From Candidatus Aenigmatarchaeota archaeon (GTDB lineage Archaea; Aenigmatarchaeota; Aenigmatarchaeia; CG10238-14; SCSR01), in assembly GCA_016181005.1 (NCBI GenBank), contig JACPAE010000002.1, forward strand, positions 123,682 through 187,681: a stretch of 64,000 bases of DNA. The letters run 5' to 3'. A program made the position numbers and the translations under genes. Below are positions 39,402 to 48,691 of this stretch, in pieces (position 1 is the stretch's first letter; each line of letters begins with the position of its first letter). The notes below the pieces were generated by a model that ran no database searches, had not been told where the DNA came from, and saw only the letters and a program-made list of their open reading frames with translations.

Positions 39402-40340
39402 TTAATCTTCTTTGGCTTTCTTTTCTAACTCGTCTTCAAGGCCCAATTTCTTCACCAATTCAGTGTAGCGGTTACGGATGGTCACTTCCGTGATATTGGT
39501 AGTGTCGGCAACTTCCCTCTGCGTCCTCTTCTCGCCAATCAAAACGCATGCAATGTAAATAGATGCAGCCGCAACGCCAGTCGGTCCTTTGCCTGAAGTT
39601 ATCTCATGCTTCTTGGCTTTCTTCAAAATCTCTATGGCCTTTGCCTGGACCCTGTCGCTCAAACCGAGCATTGAACAGAATCTCGGAACATATGTTACTG
39701 GATCTGCAGGCAATATCCTGATGTTCAATTCCCTTGAAATATAACGATAAGTCCTTCCTATTTCCCTCTTCTCCTCTCCAGACGATTCTGCAATCTCGTC
39801 CAAGGTTCTCGGGCTGCCGAACTCCCTTGATACTGCATACGTCAAAGCCGCAATAACAGATTCTATGCTCCTTCCCCTGACAAGGCCTTTGTTGACAGCC
39901 TGCTCGTAATAACGGGCTATTCTTTCGTGGACGCTTCTTGAAAGGTTCAAAAATGAGACGATTCTCTGCAGTTCAGACAAGGCAAAAGAAAGATTTCTGT
40001 CCTTGGACTTTATCAGTCTCTTGTGCCACTTGGTCAATCTGTAATACTGTGCCCTTTTCTTCGTCGGAACCTTGTAAAGCTCCCCGACACCCTTGCCTAT
40101 CTCAGTTGTCATTCCCTTGTCATGCTTGGTGAATGTCAACGGAGCACCTGTTCTCGCCCTTCTTGACATCTGCTCCGTGTCGAAAGCCCTCCATTCCTGG
40201 CCTGTGTCGATCATTTCCTCTTCCATCACAAGACCGCACTTGTTGCACACAAGCTCGCCTCTTGTCAGGTCTTCCACAAAACTAGTGCTACCGCATTCCG
40301 GGCATGCTTTTCCTGCTCTTGCGGGTTTTGTCTTTTGCAT
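39402..40340 (-). CDS. tfb: Transcription initiation factor IIB
   Basis: CPECG..C..CG Zn ribbon, EWRAF, LVRGRS, TEVTIRNRY. Confidence 0.98.
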   Translation of the reverse strand: MQKTKPARAGKACPECGSTSFVEDLTRGELVCNKCGLVMEEEMIDTGQEWRAFDTEQMSRRARTGAPLTFTKHDKGMTTEIGKGVGELYKVPTKKRAQYYRLTKWHKRLIKSKDRNLSFALSELQRIVSFLNLSRSVHERIARYYEQAVNKGLVRGRSIESVIAALTYAVSREFGSPRTLDEIAESSGEEKREIGRTYRYISRELNIRILPADPVTYVPRFCSMLGLSDRVQAKAIEILKKAKKHEITSGKGPTGVAAASIYIACVLIGEKRTQREVADTTNITEVTIRNRYTELVKKLGLEDELEKKAKED

Positions 40341-40398
40341 TATTTATCACTTTTAAGTGAAGTCAAATGAGCTATCTTATCTATTAATAGCAAACTAT

Positions 40399-40914
40399 TT
40401 AAATCTTTTGGTTTTCGATTAATTTGGACTTTTCTGGGCTTAAATATATGCTTTCCTTTGGCCTTCTTGCCAGCTTCCCGCCGCAGTTAGGACAAGTATT
40501 TTTGCTGTCGGCAAATTTCCTGCAGTTATTGCAGTAGCTTGCCCACTTGACGGATTTGGTTATCTTGTTGACGACGGAGAGATAAGCCACCCCCAGCTTT
40601 TGCGCCACATTCTGTATATTATAATCGTCGGAGACCACCACAAGGTTGTACTCTTTTGCAAGCGCAAGAACCTTGAAGTCTGTACCGGACATTTTCTCCG
40701 CATCCCCAGTATTGGCTGCGGCCTCCTTGACCTGCTTTACAGCCTCTTTCCCGGGCTCGAGCACGCTCAATTTGATTCCCGCCAGCTTTGCAACACTTAT
40801 CCTGTCCTTCACCTCTTCTACGACTTCGCTGACCGTGAATATCTCCTCGAACATCCGGAAATCATTTAGGTAAATTATCGCGCTTGTGTCCAGAACAGCT
40901 TTCATGCAAAACAC
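40399..40914 (-). CDS. nob1: Nob1-like PIN endonuclease with Zn ribbon
   Basis: VLDTSA, SGTD, SDDYNIQNVA, CNNC..CPNCG. Confidence 0.9.
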   Translation of the reverse strand: MFCMKAVLDTSAIIYLNDFRMFEEIFTVSEVVEEVKDRISVAKLAGIKLSVLEPGKEAVKQVKEAAANTGDAEKMSGTDFKVLALAKEYNLVVVSDDYNIQNVAQKLGVAYLSVVNKITKSVKWASYCNNCRKFADSKNTCPNCGGKLARRPKESIYLSPEKSKLIENQKI

Positions 40915-40944
40915 TTGGAATTTATATTAATTTAACTCCAAATA

Positions 40945-41157
40945 GTGGATATGGTTAAGGACTTTCCCCTGCTCCCGCTGGAGAAGATAGCGCGAGAGGC
41001 AGGAGCCGAAAGGGTTTCCCGTTCTGCATTGCTTACGCTGAAGGAAGTGTTGCTGGAAGAATCCGAGGACATCTCCAGAAAGGCCGTAAAGTTCACAGAG
41101 CATGCAAAGAGGACGACTGTCAAAAGAGAGGACATAATTCTGGCCAGCAGAAGGTAA
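40945..41157 (+). CDS. Archaeal histone
   Basis: AGAERVS, HAKRTTVKREDI. Confidence 0.95.
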   Translation: MDMVKDFPLLPLEKIAREAGAERVSRSALLTLKEVLLEESEDISRKAVKFTEHAKRTTVKREDIILASRR

Positions 41158-41164
41158 GACAAGG

Positions 41165-41824
41165 ATGAGGCCGTCGCTTTCTTTAATCCTCAACATTCTG
41201 TTGCGTTTGCTTATAGTCTATTTCCTTGTCGAGGTAATGCTATTTCCTGAAGACCCGAGATTTGCCGGTAAGGCCATACCGCTGAGGAACCTCATAATCG
41301 TCGGAGGCCTGAGCCTGCTGTTTCCGCTGCTTTATTTCCTGGGCAAGAAAAGAAAGAGCTATCCTTATTTGGCTGATTTTATCTACCTCTCGATTTACAT
41401 CTTCGATATGGCCGGCAACTCTTTAAACCTTTATGACACTGTCTGGTACTATGACATAATCGCCCATTTCTACGGCACAGGAGCCTTTGCCGCAGTAGCT
41501 TACCTTGTTATATTGGGGCGGCAAAAGTTTGGTGCAATCAAGCTTTCTGGATTCGAAATTCTGCTGTTTGCCGTAGGTATTGCAACAATTATCCACGTCG
41601 GACTTGAGCTGCAGGAATATTATACTGATGTCTTCTTCGGAACTCACAATGTTGTTGGCAAGACCAATGACGTCCAAGGAATGGCAGACACTGGGCATGA
41701 CCTTGTCGCCGGATTTCTGGGTTCATTTGTTTACATCTGGGCTGTAAACCTGCTTTTTGCACTAAACTCGCGCTACAAGAATGAAACTTTGGAATCGCTT
41801 GGAACAATTTTCACGCGCGGTTAA
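41165..41824 (+). CDS. Membrane protein (DUF2238-like)
   Basis: YDIIAHF, ELQEYYTD, DTGHDLVAG. Confidence 0.7.
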   Translation: MRPSLSLILNILLRLLIVYFLVEVMLFPEDPRFAGKAIPLRNLIIVGGLSLLFPLLYFLGKKRKSYPYLADFIYLSIYIFDMAGNSLNLYDTVWYYDIIAHFYGTGAFAAVAYLVILGRQKFGAIKLSGFEILLFAVGIATIIHVGLELQEYYTDVFFGTHNVVGKTNDVQGMADTGHDLVAGFLGSFVYIWAVNLLFALNSRYKNETLESLGTIFTRG

Positions 41825-41856
41825 CTATAAATAAAAACAAGTGGAAATAAGTTAAA

Positions 41857-42249
41857 ATGGCTGAGACAAGTAGGGCTGCATTGAAGGATTTGAAGCCGGG
41901 AAGTTTTGTAGTTATAGACGATGCACCTTGCAGGGTGGAGAAAGTGCAGGTAAGTACAAGTGGCAAGCACGGCGCAAGCAAGGTCAGGATAGAAGCAATC
42001 GGTCTTATGGACAACAGGAGAAGGAGCATGCTTGGTCCTTCTAGCGACGAAATTGTTGTCCCGATAATTCTAAGGAAGCAGGCGCAGGTGCTTGCCGTTA
42101 CTGGCGGCAAGGCGCAGCTGATGGATATGGAGAATTATGAAACGCTTGAGCTGGATATACCTGAAGAGGTTAAGGACAAGGTAGTTCCAGGGACGGATAT
42201 CATATATTATGACGTGCTAGGAATTAAAACGCTGAAGCAATTGAAATAG
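41857..42249 (+). CDS. eif5a: Translation factor aIF5A
   Basis: STSGKHGASK hypusination motif; QLMDMENYET. Confidence 0.97.
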   Translation: MAETSRAALKDLKPGSFVVIDDAPCRVEKVQVSTSGKHGASKVRIEAIGLMDNRRRSMLGPSSDEIVVPIILRKQAQVLAVTGGKAQLMDMENYETLELDIPEEVKDKVVPGTDIIYYDVLGIKTLKQLK

Positions 42250-42605
42250 AGTTTCTGATAACTGGAGATTTTTGCATAAAACTGCAAATAATTGTTTGAA
42301 ATAAAATAGTTTCCACTATCCACAGGATCAGGCTGTTTATCAAAGTCCGTCAATCTTAGGCGATTAGTAAGAGCCGGCTGAACACCTCGGTCGAAACCTT
42401 GGTGCTTACACCGCTCTCCTATCAAAGCCATCGTCTATGGCAGCCTTCGTCCAACCACCGGCATTGCTGCCAGCAGTCGGATCGGTTGTCTATTTTTCCG
42501 GATGGTTTCCTCCTTAGATGCCTTCAGGAGTTATCCATGTATGGCTTAGCTGCCCGGCAATGCTGTTAACAACCGGTACACCAGAGGCCACGGAAGGATG
42601 TTCCT

Positions 42606-43233
42606 TTTACGTGCGTTCACGCCGAAAGAAAATTAACTTTCTTGTTAAATTTTATTGAATTAGAAGGTTCTATTGTTTTCCAGAATTTTTCGACATTTCT
42701 TTTTGTAAAGATTATTAATCGGAATATGTAACTTTTATCATTTTTGTATGGACCGTAAATTTTTGATTTTATTTCTAGTTTATCTAGAACTTCTTTGACA
42801 TTCTCAAGGACTTTAGAATCCTTTTGATGCATTATTACTCTAAAGTCTTGTTTTTTGTTTTTGCTTATATACAATTGACCTTCTGCCTCGAAGAAACCCC
42901 TAACGAAAGATATACTACTATCCCCATTTTCGAACTTTACTTCGTTTAATGGTTGTAATAGTATTTCTAAAGTTTCTTTTGGAATTTCATTTTTTCTAAC
43001 ATAAATCCAAAGCATGTATATTCCGTCACTCGTTTGAATGATTTTAGGTTCTTTATTTGTTATCTGCTTGATTACAGGTGCAATAAATCTCCTTAACCAA
43101 ACGTCATCTTTTTGCCTTACGACAATTCTAATTGTTCCCTTTCCATCGTATACATGTCCATCTGCTAGAACTCCTTTAAGGTAAGCTATATTGTTCATAC
43201 CTTACCTATTGTTAATTTTCGACGTAAATACAT
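42606..43233 (-). mobile_element. 23S BHB intron (628 nt) in the sarcin-ricin loop, encoding a homing endonuclease
   Basis: Exons join to AGTACGAA|AGGAAC; central helix TACG/CGTA with 3-nt bulges. Confidence 0.9.
42617..43198 (-). CDS. LAGLIDADG homing endonuclease (two motifs)
   Basis: IAYLKGVLADG and SFVRGFFEAEG. Confidence 0.9.
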   Translation of the reverse strand: MNNIAYLKGVLADGHVYDGKGTIRIVVRQKDDVWLRRFIAPVIKQITNKEPKIIQTSDGIYMLWIYVRKNEIPKETLEILLQPLNEVKFENGDSSISFVRGFFEAEGQLYISKNKKQDFRVIMHQKDSKVLENVKEVLDKLEIKSKIYGPYKNDKSYIFRLIIFTKRNVEKFWKTIEPSNSIKFNKKVNFLSA

Positions 43234-43418
43234 TTCGTACTTAACCTTCCTTCCGGTCAGACACCCAACACCTCCTGTAGATTGCGACCGAACTGTCTCA
43301 CAACGTTCTGAACCCAGCTAGCGTCCCCCTTTAACTAGTGGACACCTATACCCTTGGCTGCTGCTGCACAGCCAGGAGGGGGGGAGCCGACAACGACGCA
43401 CCAACACGCCAGGTCAAT

Positions 43419-43459
43419 TTACTCGCAATTAGAGTGAGCAAACGTCGACCTTGAATGCA
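43419..43459 (-). other. 23S BHB intron, 41 nt (~E. coli 2477)
   Basis: Helix GCTC/GAGT; exons join GCTCAC|ATTGACC. Confidence 0.75.
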
Positions 43460-43627
43460 GTGAGCTTTCACTGGCTACGAGCCCATTATCCCCGAGGTAG
43501 CTTTTCTCATACCACCGGCACCCATTAATGGACACCGATGTATCGTTAACCCACGCTTTCGCGTTTGGATTCCCTGCTTTGCGGAATCCAATCAGGCTTC
43601 CTTTTGCGTTTATACTCTATTCCGGAT

Positions 43628-43658
43628 AACCAGTCAGAGTAATTTACCTACATCCGAT
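43628..43658 (-). other. 23S BHB intron, 31 nt (H84 loop region)
   Basis: Helix TCAG/CTGG, stem TCGGA/TCTGA. Confidence 0.75.
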
Positions 43659-43662
43659 TTCT

Positions 43663-43770
43663 GTCGGGTAATGCGAACTGATTAAATTTGCGGCTCATCA
43701 GCTACCTCGCTTATCATGAAATCAAAACCGAAGTTTACAATCACCGCCGCACAAATGCAGTGCGCATTAT
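43663..43770 (-). other. 23S BHB intron, 108 nt (H84 loop region)
   Basis: Helix CGGG/CCCG, stem TAATGCG/CGCATTA. Confidence 0.8.
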
Positions 43771-44023
43771 GACCCGGATGAGGAAACCTTAGGAGGCCCT
43801 TGATCCTTTATCAAGGGCGTACCGCCCCAGCCGAACTGCCCATCTGATGGTGTCCTCTTACGAGTAAGCAGTACAGTTTTGAAAGGGTAGTGTTACATTT
43901 TCCTCTCAGCCTTGCCCAGAAGCAAGGCCTAATGACGAGTCCTACCTACGCTCTGCAACCAAAACCGTACCGCAGCATCAGACTGCAGTAAAGCTCACCG
44001 CTGGGGTAAGGAAAATTAAAGAT

Positions 44024-44329
44024 TTATTCTCTTTCTCTCCTTGTAATATCTCCTAGTCCATGCATATGAGTATCCCCTACAAATACATCTGGATCTTGAC
44101 CATGCCCACGATAAGAACGTGGAGCTAATGCACCTTTGCTTCCAAGGTATACCTCATAAATCTGCTGCCCAGTCTCACGTAAATTTTCTGCTATTCTTGG
44201 ATGTCTTTCACTTTTTGAAGGTGGCGTATTTAACCAAAGAATATAACGCCTTATAACACTTCGCTCTTCTGAGCTAAAGTCATACTTTTTTAGTTCTCTC
44301 TTAATGTACCATTCTATAGGGCGATGCAT
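44024..44329 (-). CDS. Intron-encoded hypothetical protein (101 aa)
   Basis: MHRPIEWYIKRELKKYDFS...; the longer track start at 44410 crosses exon sequence; TATA-like box about 23 nt upstream. Confidence 0.6.
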   Translation of the reverse strand: MHRPIEWYIKRELKKYDFSSEERSVIRRYILWLNTPPSKSERHPRIAENLRETGQQIYEVYLGSKGALAPRSYRGHGQDPDVFVGDTHMHGLGDITRRERE

Positions 44330-44350
44330 ATGCACTTTAGAGCAATTGGT

Positions 44351-44371
44351 GTTTAAATATATTTTCTTTTC
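44351..44371 (-). promoter_or_regulatory. BRE/TATA-like element inside the intron
   Basis: GAAAAGAAAATATATTTAAAC upstream of ATG 44329. Confidence 0.5.
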
Positions 44372-44397
44372 CTTAACCCCATCTACGGGGTCTACGT

Positions 44398-44435
44398 CTT
44401 GGGTTATCAAAATAGATAAATCTACTTACGATAAA
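44398..44435 (-). other. 23S BHB intron, 38 nt (~E. coli 2055)
   Basis: Helix TGGG/CCCA, stem TTATCG/TGATAA. Confidence 0.8.
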
Positions 44436-44552
44436 TTCCCACAGGAGGTCTCAGGCCTATTCACCTGAATAGCAATTTCGCTGGGTACCAGTCCAAGACA
44501 GTGGAGAAGTCGTTAAGCCATTCAGACGGGTCGTCAATTAAACGACAAGGGA

Positions 44553-44719
44553 ATGCGCTATGAGAAGTTCCTATTCTTGCTAGAACAGAAAAATTCTCTT
44601 TCATTCCTTAACGTCTTTCTCCAAAGTTTACAGCCGCTAAAGTTCGCATACATTTTCCAGTGGTTTCTGACTATCGCACCGTCTATAGCATGTAGCATAT
44701 TTCAAGAAACTTCCCATAT
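44553..44719 (-). other. 23S BHB intron, 167 nt (~E. coli 1937)
   Basis: Helix GCGT/GCGC, stem TATGGGAAG/CTTCTCATA. Confidence 0.85.
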
Positions 44720-45856
44720 TTACGCTACTTTACGACGGTCAGAGTTACCGCCACCGTTTACCGGGGCTTAGTCCCCTTGGAAGGGGCTTTGACACACCGG
44801 CACTGGGTAGGCATCAGAGACTGTACTAACCCTTTCGGGCTTGCAGTCTCAGGCGTTTTTGTTAAACAGTCGCCTCTCCCTTGCTAGTGACACCTGCAGT
44901 TCCCCTTTCGGAAAACCACAGGCACTGCTTCTTGCGAACTTACGCAGCTAATTTGCCGAGTTCCTTAGACTGGGTTGTCCCAACACACCTTCGTCTTCTC
45001 AACGAGTCTACCTGTGACGGTTCTCGGTACGGGCATGAAGGATCCTTCCAAGTTCGATTTTCATGGGCTCAAGGAATCGACAAAACTCTGCATACGCAAA
45101 GCTATTCCTGCATTCACCTCCTTCTCCTCATTATAAGACTCCAGAGGCTTCAACAGTTAACTTACGTTTGCCTATCCCAAAGCGTCTCGAACCTGGCTTG
45201 CGTTGCCGCGCGTACCTCCATGGTATCGGAATATTAACCGATTTCCCTGTCGCGTGCTTAGATTAGCGGCACACTTAGGACCGACTAACTGCCAGCTGAC
45301 GAACATGGCTGACAAACCCTTAGACTTCAGGTGGCTAAGATTCTCACTTAGCTATGTTGCTACTGTCAGCAGGATCTTTATTCCTCCACGGTCCACTCCT
45401 GCTCACGCAGAAGCTTCTGCCCATGAAGGACACCCCTCTACCCTCTTTTGCAAGAGCTTAGGTATCGGTAACTGACTTAGTCCCGTCCATTTTCAGCGCA
45501 TAAATCCTCGGTAGGTAATCTGTTACGAACTTCTTGGCGGATGGCTGATTCTAAGCCTACCGTCCTACTGTCTGAGGATTTACACTGCCTTCTACATTTA
45601 GTCAGTATTTAAGGACCTTAACCTAAGTCTGGGTTCTTGCCCTCTCGGATACCGAGCTTACCCCAGCACCCTAACTCCGGCCTTCTACGGCTGCAGGAGA
45701 TTCGGAGTTTGGCAGAAAAACTGGACCTTTCGATCCTTGGCTTTCCAATCAGTAACTCTACCCTCCTGCAAGCCTCCAGCCAGGCTGCACCAAGATGCAT
45801 TTCGAGGGGAACCAGCTATCACTGGGTTCGTTAGGCTTTTGGTGTTCAGAAAGAAG

Positions 45857-46117
45857 TTATTTAGGTTGTTTAACTAATTCTCTATCTAGCATAGGATCCC
45901 AAAGAGCATGCGCAACTAATCTTCCAGGCATTCCTAGCCAATATCTAAAGTTTCGTTCTGTTGTATCTGCTGCTGTATACGGAAAACCTGGAATATCTCT
46001 CCACCTTAACGCGTTACTAGCAATTTGATACGCTCTTATGTTTTCGTAGACTGCAACTGCCGTTGAGGCTATCGCAGCAACTTTAGCCGTATTTCGCAAC
46101 AAACTTCTGTAATTCAT
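45857..46117 (-). CDS. Intron-encoded hypothetical protein (86 aa, hydrophobic N-terminus)
   Basis: Fills the intron loop; AAAGGT before the ATG and AAGCTTAAATAG upstream. Confidence 0.65.
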   Translation of the reverse strand: MNYRSLLRNTAKVAAIASTAVAVYENIRAYQIASNALRWRDIPGFPYTAADTTERNFRYWLGMPGRLVAHALWDPMLDRELVKQPK

Positions 46118-46139
46118 ACCTTTATGTTTTGGTAGAATA

Positions 46140-46151
46140 CTATTTAAGCTT
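46140..46151 (-). promoter_or_regulatory. TATA-like element inside the intron
   Basis: AAGCTTAAATAG, identical to the 12-mer at 17192-17203 before another ORFan. Confidence 0.55.
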
Positions 46152-47325
46152 CTTTCTAAATTTCACCCCTAACCCCGGATCACCCGAAGGAATTGCAACT
46201 CACAACCGGTAGCAGACTTCCACCTACCTTTCGATAGGCTTCATCTTATCCAGGGTTAGATCACCCAGTTTCAGGTCATACCCCAGTAACTTTAGGCGCT
46301 TTCACACCATGCCCCACACTGCTTGCGCAGCTACGGGCATATCGCTTTCGCTTAGGCTTCCCGGCTTAGCCGGTTAACCTCGCTACTGAGGCATACTCCC
46401 TGCTCCGTTTTTCGAAACGGACGGCATGATCCTGTAATCTGTTCTTCGTACTAGCATGAGCGTTCCTTCAGAACAGAACCTTTCGGACCATGCCTGACTA
46501 TGGCCATTTGGTTTCAAGCTCTTTTCACCGAGCTTTCGCTCTACTTTTCAGCTTTATCTCACGATACTACTTTGCTATCGGACTTCAATAGTGTTTAGGG
46601 TTGCCGGTTAATGACCGGCAGATTCCTGCTCCATATCCGAGGAGCAGTACTTAGGATACTTGGAATCTTCTTTCTCTCCTTCTCTTACGTGACTATCACA
46701 CTTTGACGTGGGGCTTTCCAGCCCACTTCAGATCAGAAAGTTAAGAAGTGCCCAAGTCCTGCAACTCCACATCCATCCCTGCTTTCGCAGGGTGTTCGGT
46801 TTACCCTGTTCTGCTTTCACTCGCCGTTACTGACAGAATCTCGATTGATTTCTTTTCCTGCGGCTACTAAGATGCTTCAATTCACCGCGTTCCTCTCCCT
46901 TTCGGGATTGCCCTTAACGGGCTGCGAATCGCATTAGGTGACTCTGGGGTCGAATCCTCCCTGCGGATAACCCAGAATTTGTGCAGCTTGGCACAACCTT
47001 CGTCAGCTATTGAAACCTAGCTATCCACCAAATGGCGTAGCATTGACAGACCTTATTGACCAACCTGATCCTATGAATAGTGTCATCTTTACGGCCTCTT
47101 TTGACAGTTCGCTCTTCATCCTTTTTTCAGAGAATAAACTCTAATCACTGGCCTTCACCCTTTCCCCCTTAACAGCAGATAAGGAGGTGCACAAACGTAG
47201 ATTGCCCCTTGTTAAGTTTTTTTTAGAAGATAACGTAAGAAGCACGTGTAAGTAAAACACTCCTATGCGCTTATTGAGCTGACATAGTATCGCCGAATCT
47301 TGTAAGATTTCTTATGGGATTAGAC

Positions 47326-47333
47326 TTTATATA
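47326..47333 (-). promoter_or_regulatory. Putative TATA box for the 23S transcript
   Basis: AAAAAC-TATATAAA upstream of the 23S leader. Confidence 0.55.
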
Positions 47334-47357
47334 GTTTTTGATTTTAATGGCGTCTGA

Positions 47358-47738
47358 CTATACGTCTCTATCCAAAAAGTAATTGTCTATAAAGATTTCA
47401 TCATCACTCACAGGGGAACCACCTGTTAAAATCACAACTTTATTTATTTCCTTGATTTCATTCGTCAATCGTGTTGACAGTCGAGCTAAAGTAGAGTTGT
47501 AAGGACGCCTTTTACGTTTACTAGTTTCTTGCACTAGCAAAACAAATCCATATGTCCTGTAATCACCTTGCACACCAATAGTTTTTGTTGGCATCAACCT
47601 TGCGTTCAAGTTATATTTTCTAAGAACTCTATTGGCTTGTTCTTCGACTCTTTCTCTAATCGCCAAATAATGAAATGCTTTTTGAAGATGCTCAATTATG
47701 TCATGCCTGTATACCAAAGAAGGAACTAGACCTGCCAT
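47358..47738 (-). CDS. Stand-alone GMP synthase C-terminal-domain-like protein
   Basis: TIGVQGDYRTYG and LARLSTRLTNEIKEINKVV; ATG downstream of tRNA-Ala. Confidence 0.7.
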   Translation of the reverse strand: MAGLVPSLVYRHDIIEHLQKAFHYLAIRERVEEQANRVLRKYNLNARLMPTKTIGVQGDYRTYGFVLLVQETSKRKRRPYNSTLARLSTRLTNEIKEINKVVILTGGSPVSDDEIFIDNYFLDRDV

Positions 47739-47771
47739 ATGATAATATGATTTGGAAAGAATTAAAGTTAG

Positions 47772-47857
47772 TGGACTGGACGGGACTCGAACCCGTGGCC
47801 TCATGCTATTCTGATATATGTGCAAAGCACGCGATCTACCAACTGATCTACCAGCCC
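47772..47857 (-). tRNA. tRNA-Ala(TGC) with 13-nt intron (47808-47820)
   Basis: GGGCTGG/CCAGTCC with G3:U70; CGTGC-TTTGCA[intron]A-GCATG. Confidence 0.93.
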
Positions 47858-47911
47858 ATTACAAGATATTAACTTGTACTTTATAAGAATAGGAAAACTA
47901 ATTCAATAAAT

Positions 47912-48691
47912 ATGTCCCTACATCATTTTTCTATATCCTTTTTAATGTTCTTCTTATTGTTTTCGTCTTTTGCATTTGCACAAGAAGAGGAAAGCTTTGG
48001 AACAGAAGCGATTCTACAAGTAATTATATATGTTTTAAGTTTCGTTGCAATAGTCTATGCATTTAACACAATCGGGATTATTGGTAGTGTTTTAGTTTAT
48101 ATTATATTTGCAATAGTGTTCTTTTCAACCATTTATATTTTGCATCTCGCTATTAATTTCTTTGGTATAGAACTTGGCGAATTTACACTTGATGTTTGGG
48201 CGCATCTTCTGTTTTACAGTGGTATGCTCTTGTTTGCAGGCGCTTCAAGAAAAATAAGTAAATATAATACCGACCCCATGTTATCCCCCCGAGATATAAC
48301 AATACTAGGTATTTCAGCTGCATGGTGGGTTGCTCTCATAGCTCTTATAATTCCTCTAAATCCTTTTGTCAATCTTTATGCTGGAACTTTAATTGATACC
48401 AGCGGTGCAATACACTTTATAGCATTTGGCATTGCGCTATATGCAGCCGTACAAGTTAATAATATGAAAAAAATCGTTGGAAAACTAATTTCGAATTCTA
48501 TAATTTATTTCTTGATATCAATAGTTTTTCTGGGTTTAATTCATCTATGGGAACTTCTAACAGAAAGTTGGAAAGTAATTTCACTACCTGATACTGTAAT
48601 AGAATCTACAGAACTTGTACTCTTCACGATTGCTATGATTTCATTTATTTTAGCATTTAGATCGATTAAAAAGGCGTACCACAATGAGTAA
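47912..48691 (+). CDS. Polytopic (7-8 TM) membrane protein, possible sensor
   Basis: Repeated hydrophobic helices with His-containing motifs (WAHL, IHF, IHLWE); AT-rich. Confidence 0.75.
   Translation: MSLHHFSISFLMFFLLFSSFAFAQEEESFGTEAILQVIIYVLSFVAIVYAFNTIGIIGSVLVYIIFAIVFFSTIYILHLAINFFGIELGEFTLDVWAHLLFYSGMLLFAGASRKISKYNTDPMLSPRDITILGISAAWWVALIALIIPLNPFVNLYAGTLIDTSGAIHFIAFGIALYAAVQVNNMKKIVGKLISNSIIYFLISIVFLGLIHLWELLTESWKVISLPDTVIESTELVLFTIAMISFILAFRSIKKAYHNE

Larger units (their letters stand above)
43996..44382 (-). other. 23S BHB intron, 387 nt, with non-nuclease ORF (~E. coli 2070)
   Basis: Helix CCGT/GCGG, stem TGGGGT/ACCCCA; exons join GACCCCGTAG|AGCTTTAC. Confidence 0.85.
45839..46161 (-). 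other. 23S BHB intron, 323 nt, with non-nuclease ORF (~E. coli 780)
   Basis: Helix GGTG/CACC, stem TTTAGAAAGAAG/CTTCTTTCTGAA. Confidence 0.88.
42348..47048 (-). rRNA. rrl: 23S rRNA with 8 introns (mature ~2.98 kb); ends approximate
   Basis: Conserved segments throughout; terminal helix GGTCTGTCAAT/ATTGACGGACT followed by a BHB processing stem (42314-42354 pairing with 47041-47082). Confidence 0.97.

Noticed and set aside
44330-44410. N-terminal extension of ORF 44024-44410
   Set aside because: It crosses a 15-nt rRNA exon and a second intron; ATG 44329 has the promoter-like context
44553-44719. 46-aa ORF within the 167-nt intron
   Set aside because: No motif, SD or TATA support; treated as non-coding
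44881-46028. ORF-track calls overlapping 23S exons (likewise 51087-51942 in 16S)
   Set aside because: Spurious frames over rRNA
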